Below, one piece after another: positions 10,599-21,213 of a stretch of 47,391 nucleotides of DNA. A program made the position numbers and the translations under genes. How positions within the stretch are numbered: the stretch's first letter is position 1; each line of letters opens with the position of its first letter. Location: NCBI GenBank assembly GCA_048885525.1, contig JBHLLP010000026.1, positions 1 to 47,391 on the forward strand. The letters are read 5' to 3'. The notes under the pieces are model-generated. The model had not been told where the DNA came from. It made no database searches and worked only from the letters and a program-made list of their open reading frames with translations. This stretch comes from Candidatus Hermodarchaeota archaeon (GTDB lineage: Archaea > Asgardarchaeota > Lokiarchaeia > Sigyniarchaeales > SOKP01).

Positions 10599-12317
10599 TT
10601 ATCTAACATATTTCCAAGGTTGTTGTTTCTTTAACTTATATGCTCGTTCAGCATAATCCATAACCATTCGATGGGTGTTAAAAAACGCAGATAATGATAT
10701 TGCGTTTTTTTGCGTAAAGATCCACTCGTCATGATCAAGGTAGGTGGGTATAATTTTGTTTTCGAGCGTCTCATAGATCGTATTCGAATCAATATCCCAA
10801 TTATTTGAAACACCAGGATCGTCTGGATTTGAGTCATCTGGTCCTATCGCCCAACCTGCCAAGCGATTCATTTTATATCCTTCTAACCACCAGCCATCAA
10901 GTACACTAAAATTAGGAACGCCATTTAATGCAGCTTTCATCCCACTTGTACCACTCGCTTCACGATATCTATTAGGTGTATTAAGCCAGATATCTACTCC
11001 AGATACAAGCATGTGAGAAAGATCCATGTTGTAATTTTCCATCATTACAACTTTTACACCATAATTACTATATAAATATTCACCGGATTCATGGATCTTT
11101 TTGATGTAATCTTTTCCCATTTGATCTTTTGGATGAGCTTTTCCAGCGAAGATAAATTGAACACTATTTTTGCATATTTTACCTAATCTATCAATATCAT
11201 GAAATATAAGTATTGCTCTTTTATAAGTTGCGAAACGTCTCGCAAAACCAACCGTGATTAATTCTTCGTCAAGTAAGTTCCAGCTATGACCTTTTTGATA
11301 ATTAATGAGATTGAATTTATTTTCAATATGAGCATCAAAAACATCTAAGTCATCTAACTCTATTGCATTTTCCAGTATAGAGGGATTTGATCGCCAATCC
11401 GGCCATTTTCTCCCAAAAATTTTACGAAAAGGTTTAGAAACCCAAAAAGGTAAATGAACACCATTAGTAATGTAGTCAATTTCATATTGAGGAAACATTT
11501 TCTTTGAGATTTGTCCGTGTTTTTTCGCAACTGCATTTCTGTATCTAGAGAGAGCCATTCCAAGAAAAGTCATATTAAATTCTCCATTATCATCTGCAAG
11601 TTTTTGAATTTCTGAAGGCATTCTATTTTCAAATACTTTTTTAACTAAATCATTCTTAAACCGATCATGACCCGCCGGCACTGGAGTATGGGTTGTAAAA
11701 GCAACTTTTTCTTTTACTTTTTCAATACTACCTAATTCGTTATATAATTCAAGAGTAGCAAAAGAACCATGTCCTTCATTCAAATGATAAGTTTCAATAT
11801 TATCATACCCTAATGATTTTAAGAGCTTAACACCACCAATTCCTAAAATCATTTCTTGCACAATTCTATTCCAGCGACTTGTACTATCATATAATGAACC
11901 CGTCATTTTTTTCATCCATTCTTCATTACCTTCAACATCAGTAGTTAATAGATAAATAGGAAGGACATGACCAGATTGACCTATTACTCGATAAAGCCAA
12001 GCGCTTACAAGAACATCTTTATTTTCAATTTGAATGTTTATTGGTTTTTCTACTTTATCAAATTCATAATAGAAATTCCACGCAATCTCCTTTTCTTTTT
12101 GCTCACCAAATTCATTATAAAATTGATAAAAATATCCAGAACTGTAGCATAAACATAAACCAACCATAGGTATCTCTAAATCTGCAGCTGACCTTACAGT
12201 GTCTCCCGATAATACACCTAATCCACCAGAATATGTAGGAATGTTACTATCAATTGCAATCTCCATAGAAATATACGCTACATTTGTGTTAGCTTTTAGT
12301 TCTTCATCAATTTCCAT
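10599..12317 (-). CDS. glgP: Alpha-glucan (glycogen/maltodextrin) phosphorylase, GT35
   Basis: Motifs YSGGLGVLSGD, HLNEGH, FTTHTPVPAGHD, ITNGVH, ARRFATYKR, AGKAHP and the PLP-site EASGTSGMKAALNG. Confidence 0.96.
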   Translation of the reverse strand: MEIDEELKANTNVAYISMEIAIDSNIPTYSGGLGVLSGDTVRSAADLEIPMVGLCLCYSSGYFYQFYNEFGEQKEKEIAWNFYYEFDKVEKPINIQIENKDVLVSAWLYRVIGQSGHVLPIYLLTTDVEGNEEWMKKMTGSLYDSTSRWNRIVQEMILGIGGVKLLKSLGYDNIETYHLNEGHGSFATLELYNELGSIEKVKEKVAFTTHTPVPAGHDRFKNDLVKKVFENRMPSEIQKLADDNGEFNMTFLGMALSRYRNAVAKKHGQISKKMFPQYEIDYITNGVHLPFWVSKPFRKIFGRKWPDWRSNPSILENAIELDDLDVFDAHIENKFNLINYQKGHSWNLLDEELITVGFARRFATYKRAILIFHDIDRLGKICKNSVQFIFAGKAHPKDQMGKDYIKKIHESGEYLYSNYGVKVVMMENYNMDLSHMLVSGVDIWLNTPNRYREASGTSGMKAALNGVPNFSVLDGWWLEGYKMNRLAGWAIGPDDSNPDDPGVSNNWDIDSNTIYETLENKIIPTYLDHDEWIFTQKNAISLSAFFNTHRMVMDYAERAYKLKKQQPWKYVR

Positions 12318-12485
12318 TTTTCTTCACTTTTTGAACTATATTTCGCTAATTTTATTGAAAATTAAGAATTTTATATATTACTTTTAAAATCTTATAGTAT
12401 TAAATCTTATCTTAATTAAAAAATAATAGACCAGAATAAAAGGAAAAAATAAATATATAAAATAAAGAAAAACTAAATTTTGTTA

Positions 12486-13748
12486 TTATCTCTCTTCTTG
12501 TATTTCTTCAAGTGTTTTACCCTTTGTTTCATAAGGTTTCAATAATAATGTGAATAGAGGTATTATCAACAATAATCCTGGAATAACCCAAAACATTACC
12601 CAATCTAGAGTTGCCAGCATTACAGCAGCTATTAAAGGACCAAAAACATATGAAATTCTTGTACCTAATGAAGCAATACCCATTCCAGTAGTTCTAATCT
12701 CTGTTCGAAAGACTTCAGTAAAATAAACCATAATCCAAGTAAATAATACAGTCATAGAGAAGTATGCTAACCATAAGGTAATTGGATGTCCTGTAAGTCC
12801 CAATAAGATAAATCCCAGAACAGACCCAATAGTACTAAACACAAGAGTTACCTTTCTTGAAACTCGTTCCATAACTATACCAGATACAATCGCACCTAAT
12901 AAGAGCATAAGGCCAGCAACTAATATAATCGTATCCCATTGAGGGTACCAAACCGTAGGAGACGTTTCAAGATAGTATTGTTGTGCCCATGAATTTCCTA
13001 CTTTTAACCCAATTGCCCATATGCCATAAATTACGAATGCCATAAAAGCATAAGTCCAATCCTTTTTATTAAATGACTTGAATGCTTTTTTCATTCTAAG
13101 GAATTCATGGCCTCTTTCTTCCTTGGCATCAACCCATCGTTTGGGTTCCTTCATAAAATAAAGCAAAACCAATAAACCCATCATAATGAAACCAAAGATC
13201 CCATAACTCCATCTCCAACCTAAACTTTCTGCAATATCATCTCCTATAATTGCAGCAAGCGGTATAAGACTTATTAATGTCGCCACACCTCCATAAAGAG
13301 CTCTTTTCTTGGCGGGAGATTCTTCACTGACTGGTATCTCCCATAAATTACTAACTGTGCCAGTTATAAGGATAGTATATAGAATAAAGAAACTCCAGAT
13401 ATTCGGTGTAATAAAAGGTATTAAAATCGCTGGGATGCCCATCAGAAGTAATAATACTAGCGTTCCTTTTTTCCTTCCAAAAGCATCTGTAAACCATGAC
13501 AAAATAAAGACTGAAAATGTAGCAATCCCAAAAATTCCTTGCCAAAAAGCAAAAAATTCATTAGAAGGAAGACTATAGTCTGAAAGAATAAAAGGAATCA
13601 CTTGTCCTTCCATTAAATTCAAGTTGTTATCGAGAAAACCAACTAAACCCATAAATATTACGATATACCATTGATATCTTTTTGATCTTAGTGTTTTTTC
13701 CTCTATTTCTTCATCTTTTCTTTTAATAAATGCGTCTACTTTCGACAT
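12486..13748 (-). CDS. Major facilitator superfamily transporter (sugar/organic-acid porter-like)
   Basis: About 12 hydrophobic helices; motif A (DAFGRK, ERVSRK), E.SPAKKR, EVFRTEIRT and C-terminal ETKGKTLEEI. ATG at 13748. Confidence 0.9.
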   Translation of the reverse strand: MSKVDAFIKRKDEEIEEKTLRSKRYQWYIVIFMGLVGFLDNNLNLMEGQVIPFILSDYSLPSNEFFAFWQGIFGIATFSVFILSWFTDAFGRKKGTLVLLLLMGIPAILIPFITPNIWSFFILYTILITGTVSNLWEIPVSEESPAKKRALYGGVATLISLIPLAAIIGDDIAESLGWRWSYGIFGFIMMGLLVLLYFMKEPKRWVDAKEERGHEFLRMKKAFKSFNKKDWTYAFMAFVIYGIWAIGLKVGNSWAQQYYLETSPTVWYPQWDTIILVAGLMLLLGAIVSGIVMERVSRKVTLVFSTIGSVLGFILLGLTGHPITLWLAYFSMTVLFTWIMVYFTEVFRTEIRTTGMGIASLGTRISYVFGPLIAAVMLATLDWVMFWVIPGLLLIIPLFTLLLKPYETKGKTLEEIQEER

Positions 13749-13856
13749 ATATTGTACTTCATCGTTTTTATTTATAAAACTAATTAATTTCAAAGAAGTT
13801 ATAGACTCTATTCTAAATTCTTAAAAGATTAAAAAAAGAAATGTTACTAATATTAT

Positions 13857-14498
13857 TTAGATATTTAGAGGTTCACCACCCTCCTCTAAAATTACACATT
13901 TAATACTTGGATCCTTTTTCTCCAATAATTTTTTGAATTCAGTTAGATCTTTACCCCAATTATGCATTGGAATTGCAATTTCGGGTTTTACATCGACTAC
14001 AGAGTCAGTAGCCTCATTAAAATCCATAGTATAGGTTCCACCACATGGCATCATTGCGACAGTTATGTTTCTGCTCACTAAATCTTTCATTTCAGGAATT
14101 CGCTCAGTATCTCCAGCGTGATATAAACTTTTACCTTCCGCTGTTACAATTATACCCGCCCATTCATTACGTTTTGGATGATTTGGCTTTTTAATATTAT
14201 ATGCTGGAACTAACTCAATTGAAAGATCTTTATAATCAAAGGATTGTCCTAATTTTAAAGGTGTGCCATTAAATTTTTGTAAATTGCTGGCAATACTCTC
14301 AGGACCAATAATTACCGTATCATCCCTCTTAAGATTTATTATACTACTTGAATCAAAATGATCTCCATGAGAATGTGTCGAAACAATTATATCTGCTTTT
14401 TCTGCTCCTTTTTTAATCTGGTAAGGATCAAGATAAATAATTCTTCCGCTTGGCGTTTTAATTTTAAATGCGGCATGTCCTAACCATGTAATTTCCAT
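13857..14498 (-). CDS. MBL-fold metallo-hydrolase (UlaG/UPF0173-like)
   Basis: Motifs WLGHA, DPY, THSHGDH, YHAGDT and PMHNW. Confidence 0.9.
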   Translation of the reverse strand: MEITWLGHAAFKIKTPSGRIIYLDPYQIKKGAEKADIIVSTHSHGDHFDSSSIINLKRDDTVIIGPESIASNLQKFNGTPLKLGQSFDYKDLSIELVPAYNIKKPNHPKRNEWAGIIVTAEGKSLYHAGDTERIPEMKDLVSRNITVAMMPCGGTYTMDFNEATDSVVDVKPEIAIPMHNWGKDLTEFKKLLEKKDPSIKCVILEEGGEPLNI

Positions 14499-14625
14499 TC
14501 AATTTCCACCTCTTATTAAAATTGCTAAAAATGTTATATTTTATAATAATGATTGGATACCTTAAAATAATAATGTATTAGGTAAGGGTTGAAATAAAGA
14601 TTTTTTAAAGTTTTAAATTAAGAAC

Positions 14626-14988
14626 TTATTCTTCTTTTTCAAATTGCCATTCTGGCTTTTCAAGAGGAATTTTTTTTGTTATCCCGTAAGTATCCTCCTT
14701 CGCAATGTTGAGTTCTTTTAATCTTTCTAAAAAGAGTTTGTCTTTAAATGTAGGCATTTCATTTATAAAAGGTGGTTTTGAAATGAGATTAGGAGGATTT
14801 AGACTAGTTTTTTTAGATATTAATTCATCTGTCATTTTTTTTCCTAGATCTATATTTTTTTTAGAAATGAAATTATTACTTTTAAGAAAATTCAGTTTTT
14901 TTAGCCTAATACCTTTTAATGGTACACTCGATCTTATTATTCGGCATGTATAACAATTAGTTTCATCTAGACCGTGAATGCAAGTCAT
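14626..14988 (-). CDS. Hypothetical protein with N-terminal CxH-x6-CxxC putative zinc site
   Basis: 120-aa ORF starting MTCIHGLDETNCYTCR; fills an otherwise empty interval. Confidence 0.6.
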   Translation of the reverse strand: MTCIHGLDETNCYTCRIIRSSVPLKGIRLKKLNFLKSNNFISKKNIDLGKKMTDELISKKTSLNPPNLISKPPFINEMPTFKDKLFLERLKELNIAKEDTYGITKKIPLEKPEWQFEKEE

Positions 14989-15105
14989 CTTTTCTTCAAT
15001 ATAATTTTTTTAAACTCTATGTATTTCGAATTATTAGTATCATATAATTTTTATTATTATAATTTTTAGATATTTTATTAAAACACAGTAATTTAATGAA
15101 TTAAG

Positions 15106-15885
15106 TTGTTCATAAGAGGAGTCTTTTTTGATCTTTATGGTACACTTTTAATACCAAAGAATAACAAAAAAGCATGGAATAACTGGTTATTAACCTTTTA
15201 CAAACTCATGAGAGATAATGGTCTAAAATTATCAAGAAATGAGTTTGCAGATATGTGTAGTGGATTTTTTACAAGAGAAGAACCTAGAGAAAAAGAAGAA
15301 AATCTAACAATTTATGAGAATAGAATTAAGAGCTTCGCAATGGATTTTGGATTAAATCTAGAGTCAAATGAGATTAAAAAAATTGCTAATGAATGTGTTA
15401 TTTCGTGGCATAAATATGTGAAACTTGATCCTGAAGCTATTCCAATATTAAAAATTTTAAGAAATGAGAAAAATCTTGCACTAATAACTAATTTTGATCA
15501 TCCTCCTTTTATCTACTCAATATTATCAAAATATCGGCTCATAAAATACTTTGAATTTATAGCTATATCAGGAGAAATTGGACATAAAAAACCTAATCCA
15601 CAGATTTTCAATTTCACTCTCGAAAAACTTGAATTAGAGCCTCAAGACGTTATATATATCGGGGATAGTAAGGAAGATACTGAGGGCGCTATAAATGCTG
15701 GAATTAAACCTATTCTAATTCAGCGTCAACGTTTAAAAAAAAGAATAATAGGAAATGACTATTTCTCAAAAAGAAAAACTAAAGAAAAATTAATTACAAA
15801 CCATAGTTCAAATATTATACCTTTTAAAATAATTTCACGATTAAGAGAGTTATATCAAATTCTCAATATAAAATCAAGTTCATAG
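15106..15885 (+). CDS. HAD-superfamily hydrolase (subfamily IA)
   Basis: FDLYGTL (motif I), ITN (II), KP..IF (III), YIGDS..D..GA..AG (IV). TTG start. Confidence 0.88.
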   Translation: MFIRGVFFDLYGTLLIPKNNKKAWNNWLLTFYKLMRDNGLKLSRNEFADMCSGFFTREEPREKEENLTIYENRIKSFAMDFGLNLESNEIKKIANECVISWHKYVKLDPEAIPILKILRNEKNLALITNFDHPPFIYSILSKYRLIKYFEFIAISGEIGHKKPNPQIFNFTLEKLELEPQDVIYIGDSKEDTEGAINAGIKPILIQRQRLKKRIIGNDYFSKRKTKEKLITNHSSNIIPFKIISRLRELYQILNIKSSS

Positions 15886-16022
15886 TTCAATAGAAGGTGT
15901 CTATATATCTTGATGAATGTTATTTTTTATAAACTTTATAAATTTAAGCTAATTTTACTTAATGTTCAAACATAAAAATATATACTTTTAACTAATAAGA
16001 ACAAATAAAAGTGAAAAATCAA

Positions 16023-17789
16023 ATGTCAGAATGGAAAGTTGACGAAAACAAAGCATGGTTTAAGAAATGGTGGCCGAAAGAAACACCTAAAAATCATAAA
16101 TTTGAAAAAATTTCATTAGGAGAGTTTTTCGAGAGGCAAAGAAAAAAATATGCTAATGAAAGGATGATGTGGTTCATCGAAAGTTGGATGACTTATGAAG
16201 AAGCAGGTCAAGCTATTGATTCTTTAGCAACAGCTTTAGATAAATTAGGAGTGAAGAAGGGTGATGTCGTTGCTTTATTATTGCCCAATAGTTTTCAGTA
16301 TGTTATTAGTTTTTATGCAACTGTGAAGTTAGGAGCAATAGCAACGGGCATAAACGTAACTTACAAACCATTAGAAGTTTTGCATCACTTAAAATTAACT
16401 AATGCTAAAGTATTAATTACTTTAGATGCCTTATATGGAGAATTAGCTAGACCTATCATTGGTAGAACTAGTGTTGAAATGGTAATTTACACCAATATAG
16501 TAGATTTAGCTTCAGGTTTATCAGGAGTGAAGAAAGGATTAGGGAAAATGATTGGAAAGATACCAAAAGGAAAAGTTGATTTCCCTAGTGCTATAAACTT
16601 CATGGATCTTCTTAAAACAGAGGTAGATCTTCTAAAAGTAGATTTTGATCCCACAGAACATACTGCCACATACATTATGACAGGAGGAACTACAGGAGTA
16701 CCTAAAGCAACGGTTTTATCACATTTTAATTTAGTTTCTAACGCAACTCAGTGTATGTTATGGGTTGGAGGGGAAGATCCAGGAGTAGGAGATATAGGGG
16801 CAATTCCTTTGTTTCATTCATTTGCAATGACAGCAGTAATGAATGTAGCTGTTGCTTTAGGAGGTTGGATGATGCTATTCCCAAGACCACCCCCTACGGA
16901 CGAGTTTTTAAAGGAAATTACTCATATAGATGCTCCAAAAGGTCTTTTTTACGCTGGTGCTGAAATTTTATTTAAAAGAATAGCAGATTTTCCAAATTTA
17001 AAAAAATTCCCTGGATTGATAGGCAGATTAAGACTCTGTATCTCAGGCGCTGGGCCTTTACATGCCCCCGTGCAAAAAGCATTCCAAGAGAATACAGGCG
17101 GAAGAATTGTAGAAGGATATGGTCTTTCTGAGGCTAGTCCCGTTGTAAGTGCAGGCAATCTCTTTGGTGAAAGTCCAGTTGGATGTATTGGAATGCCAAT
17201 GACAGGTACAGATTGGGGAATCTTTGACGTAGAAGAATTTGAGAAAGGACCAATTGCAAATGGGTTGTCAGGTTCAAAATTCGGAGAACAAAATACAGGA
17301 GAAATTTGTGTTTGTGGACCACAGGTTATGAAAGGATACTTAAACCAGCCAGAGGAAACAAAAGACACTTTAAAAAAATGGGACGGGCGAACATGGCTTT
17401 TAACGGGAGATATTGGATTTATGAATGATGATGGAACCATAGCAATAAGAGATAGAAAAAAACAATTAATAAAGGTTGCGGGTCATTCAGTCTTCCCAGC
17501 TGAAGTTGAAACCATGCTTATGAGCCATGAGGCTGTTTCTGAAGCAGCTGTTGCAGGATTACCTGATCCTGCAGGAAAAGTAGGAGAAATCACAAAAGCA
17601 TGGGTAGCCTTAAAACCTGAATATAAAGGAAAGATAACTGGAGAAGAACTAATCGCTTGGACTGAGAAGAATATGACTAAATGGAAATGTCCTGCTATGA
17701 TCGATATAATAGATGAAGTTCCAAAAAGTATTATGGGCAAAGTTGAGAGAAGAACTCTACAAGAGGCTGATCCTCTCTTCAGAAAATAA
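16023..17789 (+). CDS. Long-chain fatty-acid--CoA ligase (AMP-binding enzyme)
   Basis: Motifs MTGGTTGVPK, PLFHSF, EGYGLSEASP, GPQVMKGY, TGDIG, DRKKQLI and PKSIMGKV. Confidence 0.93.
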   Translation: MSEWKVDENKAWFKKWWPKETPKNHKFEKISLGEFFERQRKKYANERMMWFIESWMTYEEAGQAIDSLATALDKLGVKKGDVVALLLPNSFQYVISFYATVKLGAIATGINVTYKPLEVLHHLKLTNAKVLITLDALYGELARPIIGRTSVEMVIYTNIVDLASGLSGVKKGLGKMIGKIPKGKVDFPSAINFMDLLKTEVDLLKVDFDPTEHTATYIMTGGTTGVPKATVLSHFNLVSNATQCMLWVGGEDPGVGDIGAIPLFHSFAMTAVMNVAVALGGWMMLFPRPPPTDEFLKEITHIDAPKGLFYAGAEILFKRIADFPNLKKFPGLIGRLRLCISGAGPLHAPVQKAFQENTGGRIVEGYGLSEASPVVSAGNLFGESPVGCIGMPMTGTDWGIFDVEEFEKGPIANGLSGSKFGEQNTGEICVCGPQVMKGYLNQPEETKDTLKKWDGRTWLLTGDIGFMNDDGTIAIRDRKKQLIKVAGHSVFPAEVETMLMSHEAVSEAAVAGLPDPAGKVGEITKAWVALKPEYKGKITGEELIAWTEKNMTKWKCPAMIDIIDEVPKSIMGKVERRTLQEADPLFRK

Positions 17790-17793
17790 AAAC

Positions 17794-17817
17794 TTCTTTT
17801 TTTTTAACTTTTTTTTT
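17794..17817 (+). terminator. Archaeal oligo-T terminator
   Basis: Two long T-runs (ttctttttttttaacttttttttt) start 5 nt after the acyl-CoA ligase stop codon. Confidence 0.5.
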
Positions 17818-17898
17818 GAAATAAATTTTAATTTCTTTATTAATTCCTTAAAAATATCTTAGAAAATAAGACCTTTACATTTTTGTGAAATTATTACA

Positions 17899-19041
17899 AT
17901 GACAAAAGGAATAATACTGTCTGGAGGTTGGGGAACTCGTTTACGCCCTCTAACTTGTAGTATACCTAAAGGTTTAGTTCCTGTGGTTAATAAGCCCGTA
18001 ATAGAACGGCAAATCTTATTATTGAAAACGGCAGGGGTGAATCAAATAATTTTAGCTGTCAGTGTAATGTCTGAAGTGCTAAAAAAATATTTTGGAAATG
18101 GAGAGAAACTTGGAGTCAACATAATCTATACCAATGAAAAACATCCCTTGGGAACTGCTGGGGCAATAAAATTGGCTGAAGATTACCTGAAAGATGAGAA
18201 TTTTTTTATGTTGAACGGAGATGTCATCTTAAATTTTGATTTTATAGAAATTATTAAGGCTCATGATAAATACAGAGGAGTAGGAGTGATTGCTAGTAAA
18301 ATGGTCCCTGATCCATTAAGATATGGTGTATTAATTATTGAAGAAGATACAAATAAAATAATAAAATTCCTTGAGAAAGATGAATACTCACCACCAGAAG
18401 GAAAACAAATTCCTATGCCTATAAATGCTGGTGTTTATCTTTTAGAACCCGAGATTTTTCAATATATTGAACCTAAAAAAAAAGTGTCAATTGAAAGAAA
18501 TGTATTTCCTATTCTTGCAAGAGAAAATAAATTATATCATTATTCAATACCTGGTATTTGGAAAGACATTGGTAAACCAGAAGAATTATTAGAAGGCAAT
18601 ATTGAATTAATGAAAGATATATTAAAAAACCTTCAAGAAAAAAAAGATAATTTAATTAATGAGAGTTTAGATGTTGAAGGTAAAGTAATAATAAAGCCTC
18701 CCGTGGCAATTGGAGAAAATGTTGTTATTAGAAAAAATTGCCAAATAGGACCGAATGTAATAATTGGAGAAAATGTCTATATAGGAGCAAATACAGAAAT
18801 TAAAGAAACTTTGATTTATAATGAAGCGTATATTTCAGAGAATATTAAATGTGAAAGAGCAATAATAGCAGATAATTGTTTACTTCATGATGGAGTTCAA
18901 TTAATTGGAAATAATCAGAATTTAGTCATTCTTTCTTCTTACGTAGAAGTTCTAGATAATGTGAAATTAATTGCACCCTCTGATTCTTCACTAACAGTGT
19001 GTCATCATGACGTAGTGAGAGATTGGATGTCTCCTAATTAA
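17899..19041 (+). CDS. NDP-sugar pyrophosphorylase (mannose-1-phosphate guanylyltransferase-like) with left-handed beta-helix
   Basis: Motifs ILSGGWGTRLRPLT..PK, LGTAGAI, NGDV, YGV, EK, INAGVY and WKDIG; C-terminal hexapeptide repeats. Confidence 0.92.
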   Translation: MTKGIILSGGWGTRLRPLTCSIPKGLVPVVNKPVIERQILLLKTAGVNQIILAVSVMSEVLKKYFGNGEKLGVNIIYTNEKHPLGTAGAIKLAEDYLKDENFFMLNGDVILNFDFIEIIKAHDKYRGVGVIASKMVPDPLRYGVLIIEEDTNKIIKFLEKDEYSPPEGKQIPMPINAGVYLLEPEIFQYIEPKKKVSIERNVFPILARENKLYHYSIPGIWKDIGKPEELLEGNIELMKDILKNLQEKKDNLINESLDVEGKVIIKPPVAIGENVVIRKNCQIGPNVIIGENVYIGANTEIKETLIYNEAYISENIKCERAIIADNCLLHDGVQLIGNNQNLVILSSYVEVLDNVKLIAPSDSSLTVCHHDVVRDWMSPN

Positions 19042-19132
19042 AAGTTACAAAACTTACCTTAAATTTAATAGTATAAGAAAATTAAATGCCTCTAGAGTAA
19101 GATCAAAAATTAATCATTATTAGTGTATTAAA

Positions 19133-20614
19133 TTGCCAGAATTCCAAATTAATGATGATTGGGTATTAAATCGAATATCCTCTCAAAGTAATAGTTTTTC
19201 TGAATGGCTAAGTAATGTATTGAAAACAGTTGAAAAATCATTAGAAACTGCTCCATCAGAAATTGTTGAAGTAATTAAAAAAGATAAAAATTTAGACTCA
19301 CTTAAAAACTTAGATAAGGAACTCGATTCAGCAAAAAAAGAACTCGCGGAATTAGGAGGATTTGGCAAAATATTTTCAGGTTTTGAAATGAAAATGTATA
19401 AAAGGCTCCAAAAACCACTTGAAAAAACAATAAAGAAATCTCTTGAAGGGCTTGAAGGATTAGATATTATGTCGGAATTGGATTTTTTAACTGGTAAAAG
19501 AAAAGATTTATCATCTGCCCTTTATGATGTTTCAAAAGAGAGAGGAATTGAATCAGAAGGTTTGTTATACCTTATACGTGCCTTACCAGACCTAGAAGCC
19601 TTCCTTTATAGTACGAGTGTAAAAAAATATTATAGAGATCATACTGAACATGCACTTCGAGTGGCTGTGCTAGGAGATTTTTTATTAGAACAAGACCTCG
19701 GTCAAGGTTCTTTAGAAGGAGTAATATCTGATTTAACAGGATTAGATAGGAAACTCCTAAAAGAAAAATTTTGGTGGATCACAGGGTTAATCCATGATAT
19801 TGGTTATCCATTAGGAAAAATGACAACTGCAGTTAATTATTCCCTTTTAAATCAATTATTAAAATGTTATCCAACATTAGATCTCGAATTTATTCCTTTC
19901 GAAATTAATCTAGCTTGGAAAGGAGAACAAGAAGAATACTTGAAAATAATCGAAGAGGGTCTTTCAAAAGAAGCTTGTAATCTAATAAGAGAAGGGGCTG
20001 GACAAAAATATATTCAACTACCACCTCAAGATTCTAAGTTATTCTTAACAAAAGCAAATGGGCATCCTGAATTTAAATATAAAGATCCAGTGGAATTGGA
20101 TCATGGTGTTATTTCTGCCCTTTCACTTTTAAAAGGATTAGGTACACCAGAAGAAATTAAAGACAATGATGAATATTTTGGATATATTTTAGCTGCTAGA
20201 GCAATGGCTTTGCATAATTTTAAAACAAATCTTAGAGATTACGTTTTTGATGAGCAACCATTAGCATTTTTTTTAATGCTAATAGATGAATTACAAGAAT
20301 GGGGGCGCCCAATACCAATTCAAATACGTGATACATATTTTACTACAGAATTGGAAAAAGTCACACTGTTAGATGAATTATTATTATCTTTAGATGAATT
20401 TACTTGGCTGATGCAGTTTAAAAATCAACAAGCTAAAGACCTAATGGAATTTAATTTCAGTTTGTTTTCAACTGAAAAAAAAAAAACATTTGGCAGATTA
20501 AATAGTGGAGAAATGTTTCCAAAAACTACTATAAAACTTCAAGATATAGAAATCATTCAGAATAAAAAGAAAAGAAAGGAGAATGTTATAGCAAAAGATA
20601 TAATTTTTGTTTAA
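19133..20614 (+). CDS. HD-superfamily metal-dependent phosphohydrolase, uncharacterised
   Basis: Motifs YRDHTEHALRV, HDIGYP, DHGVISA, MALHN and LIDELQEWGR. TTG start. Confidence 0.78.
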   Translation: MPEFQINDDWVLNRISSQSNSFSEWLSNVLKTVEKSLETAPSEIVEVIKKDKNLDSLKNLDKELDSAKKELAELGGFGKIFSGFEMKMYKRLQKPLEKTIKKSLEGLEGLDIMSELDFLTGKRKDLSSALYDVSKERGIESEGLLYLIRALPDLEAFLYSTSVKKYYRDHTEHALRVAVLGDFLLEQDLGQGSLEGVISDLTGLDRKLLKEKFWWITGLIHDIGYPLGKMTTAVNYSLLNQLLKCYPTLDLEFIPFEINLAWKGEQEEYLKIIEEGLSKEACNLIREGAGQKYIQLPPQDSKLFLTKANGHPEFKYKDPVELDHGVISALSLLKGLGTPEEIKDNDEYFGYILAARAMALHNFKTNLRDYVFDEQPLAFFLMLIDELQEWGRPIPIQIRDTYFTTELEKVTLLDELLLSLDEFTWLMQFKNQQAKDLMEFNFSLFSTEKKKTFGRLNSGEMFPKTTIKLQDIEIIQNKKKRKENVIAKDIIFV

Positions 20615-20628
20615 AGTGATTCAATTTT

Positions 20629-20916
20629 ATGGAAAAATTAAAAGAAAATGGCTTAAAGATATACACAGCAATATTTGAACGAAAAAAGAGTGTTATCATT
20701 GAGGAAATCGAATATCCAATTAAGAAATTTTCAAGTGGAGTGAAATATGTGGATCTCTTTGGATACCGATATATTGAACAAAATCGCAATAAAAAATCAG
20801 AATGGGGTAAAAAGGCTAGAGAAGGCCATAAAATCATGTGGATTATTAAAGGGAGACGATATATCGCTCAAATATTGGATGGAGTATATAAGGATTTAAA
20901 GAAAAATTCAGAATAA
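20629..20916 (+). CDS. Small conserved-looking hypothetical protein
   Basis: 95-aa ORF 14 nt after the HD gene; folded-domain-like motif IEQN..K.S.W...AR.G..IMW. Confidence 0.7.
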   Translation: MEKLKENGLKIYTAIFERKKSVIIEEIEYPIKKFSSGVKYVDLFGYRYIEQNRNKKSEWGKKAREGHKIMWIIKGRRYIAQILDGVYKDLKKNSE

Positions 20917-21126
20917 TCAATGTTAAGAAAAGATTTTACTTTTGAAAAGTAAATGATCCAAAAATAATATTTTCAAAACATTAATTCTTTTGTATCTAAT
21001 TCTTAGATTTTTTTATATTAAAAATTGGTCTCCATTTTATTTTAATTCATTTTTGTCTATTTTTTAATTAGTAAAAAATAGAGTAGGAATTAAATAACAA
21101 GTCACGTATAATTCTTTTCCATTTCC

Positions 21127-21160
21127 TCAATGAGTATATTCCATAAAATATACTCATTGA
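21127..21160. repeat. Perfect 14-bp inverted repeat (hairpin or operator)
   Basis: tcaatgagtatatt-ccataa-aatatactcattga, lying between convergent genes. Confidence 0.8.
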
Positions 21161-21213
21161 ATTCTTTAAATATTATTATTAATAATAGTTTGGGAAAATT
21201 AAATCTATTTCTG

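Noticed and set aside
16949-17740. Antisense ORFs of 163, 62 and 85 aa inside the acyl-CoA ligase gene, and similar antisense ORFs in vps4, ESCRT-III, pgk, MFS and histone genes
   Set aside because: They fully overlap well-supported genes on the opposite strand, have no motifs, and are expected from codon bias.
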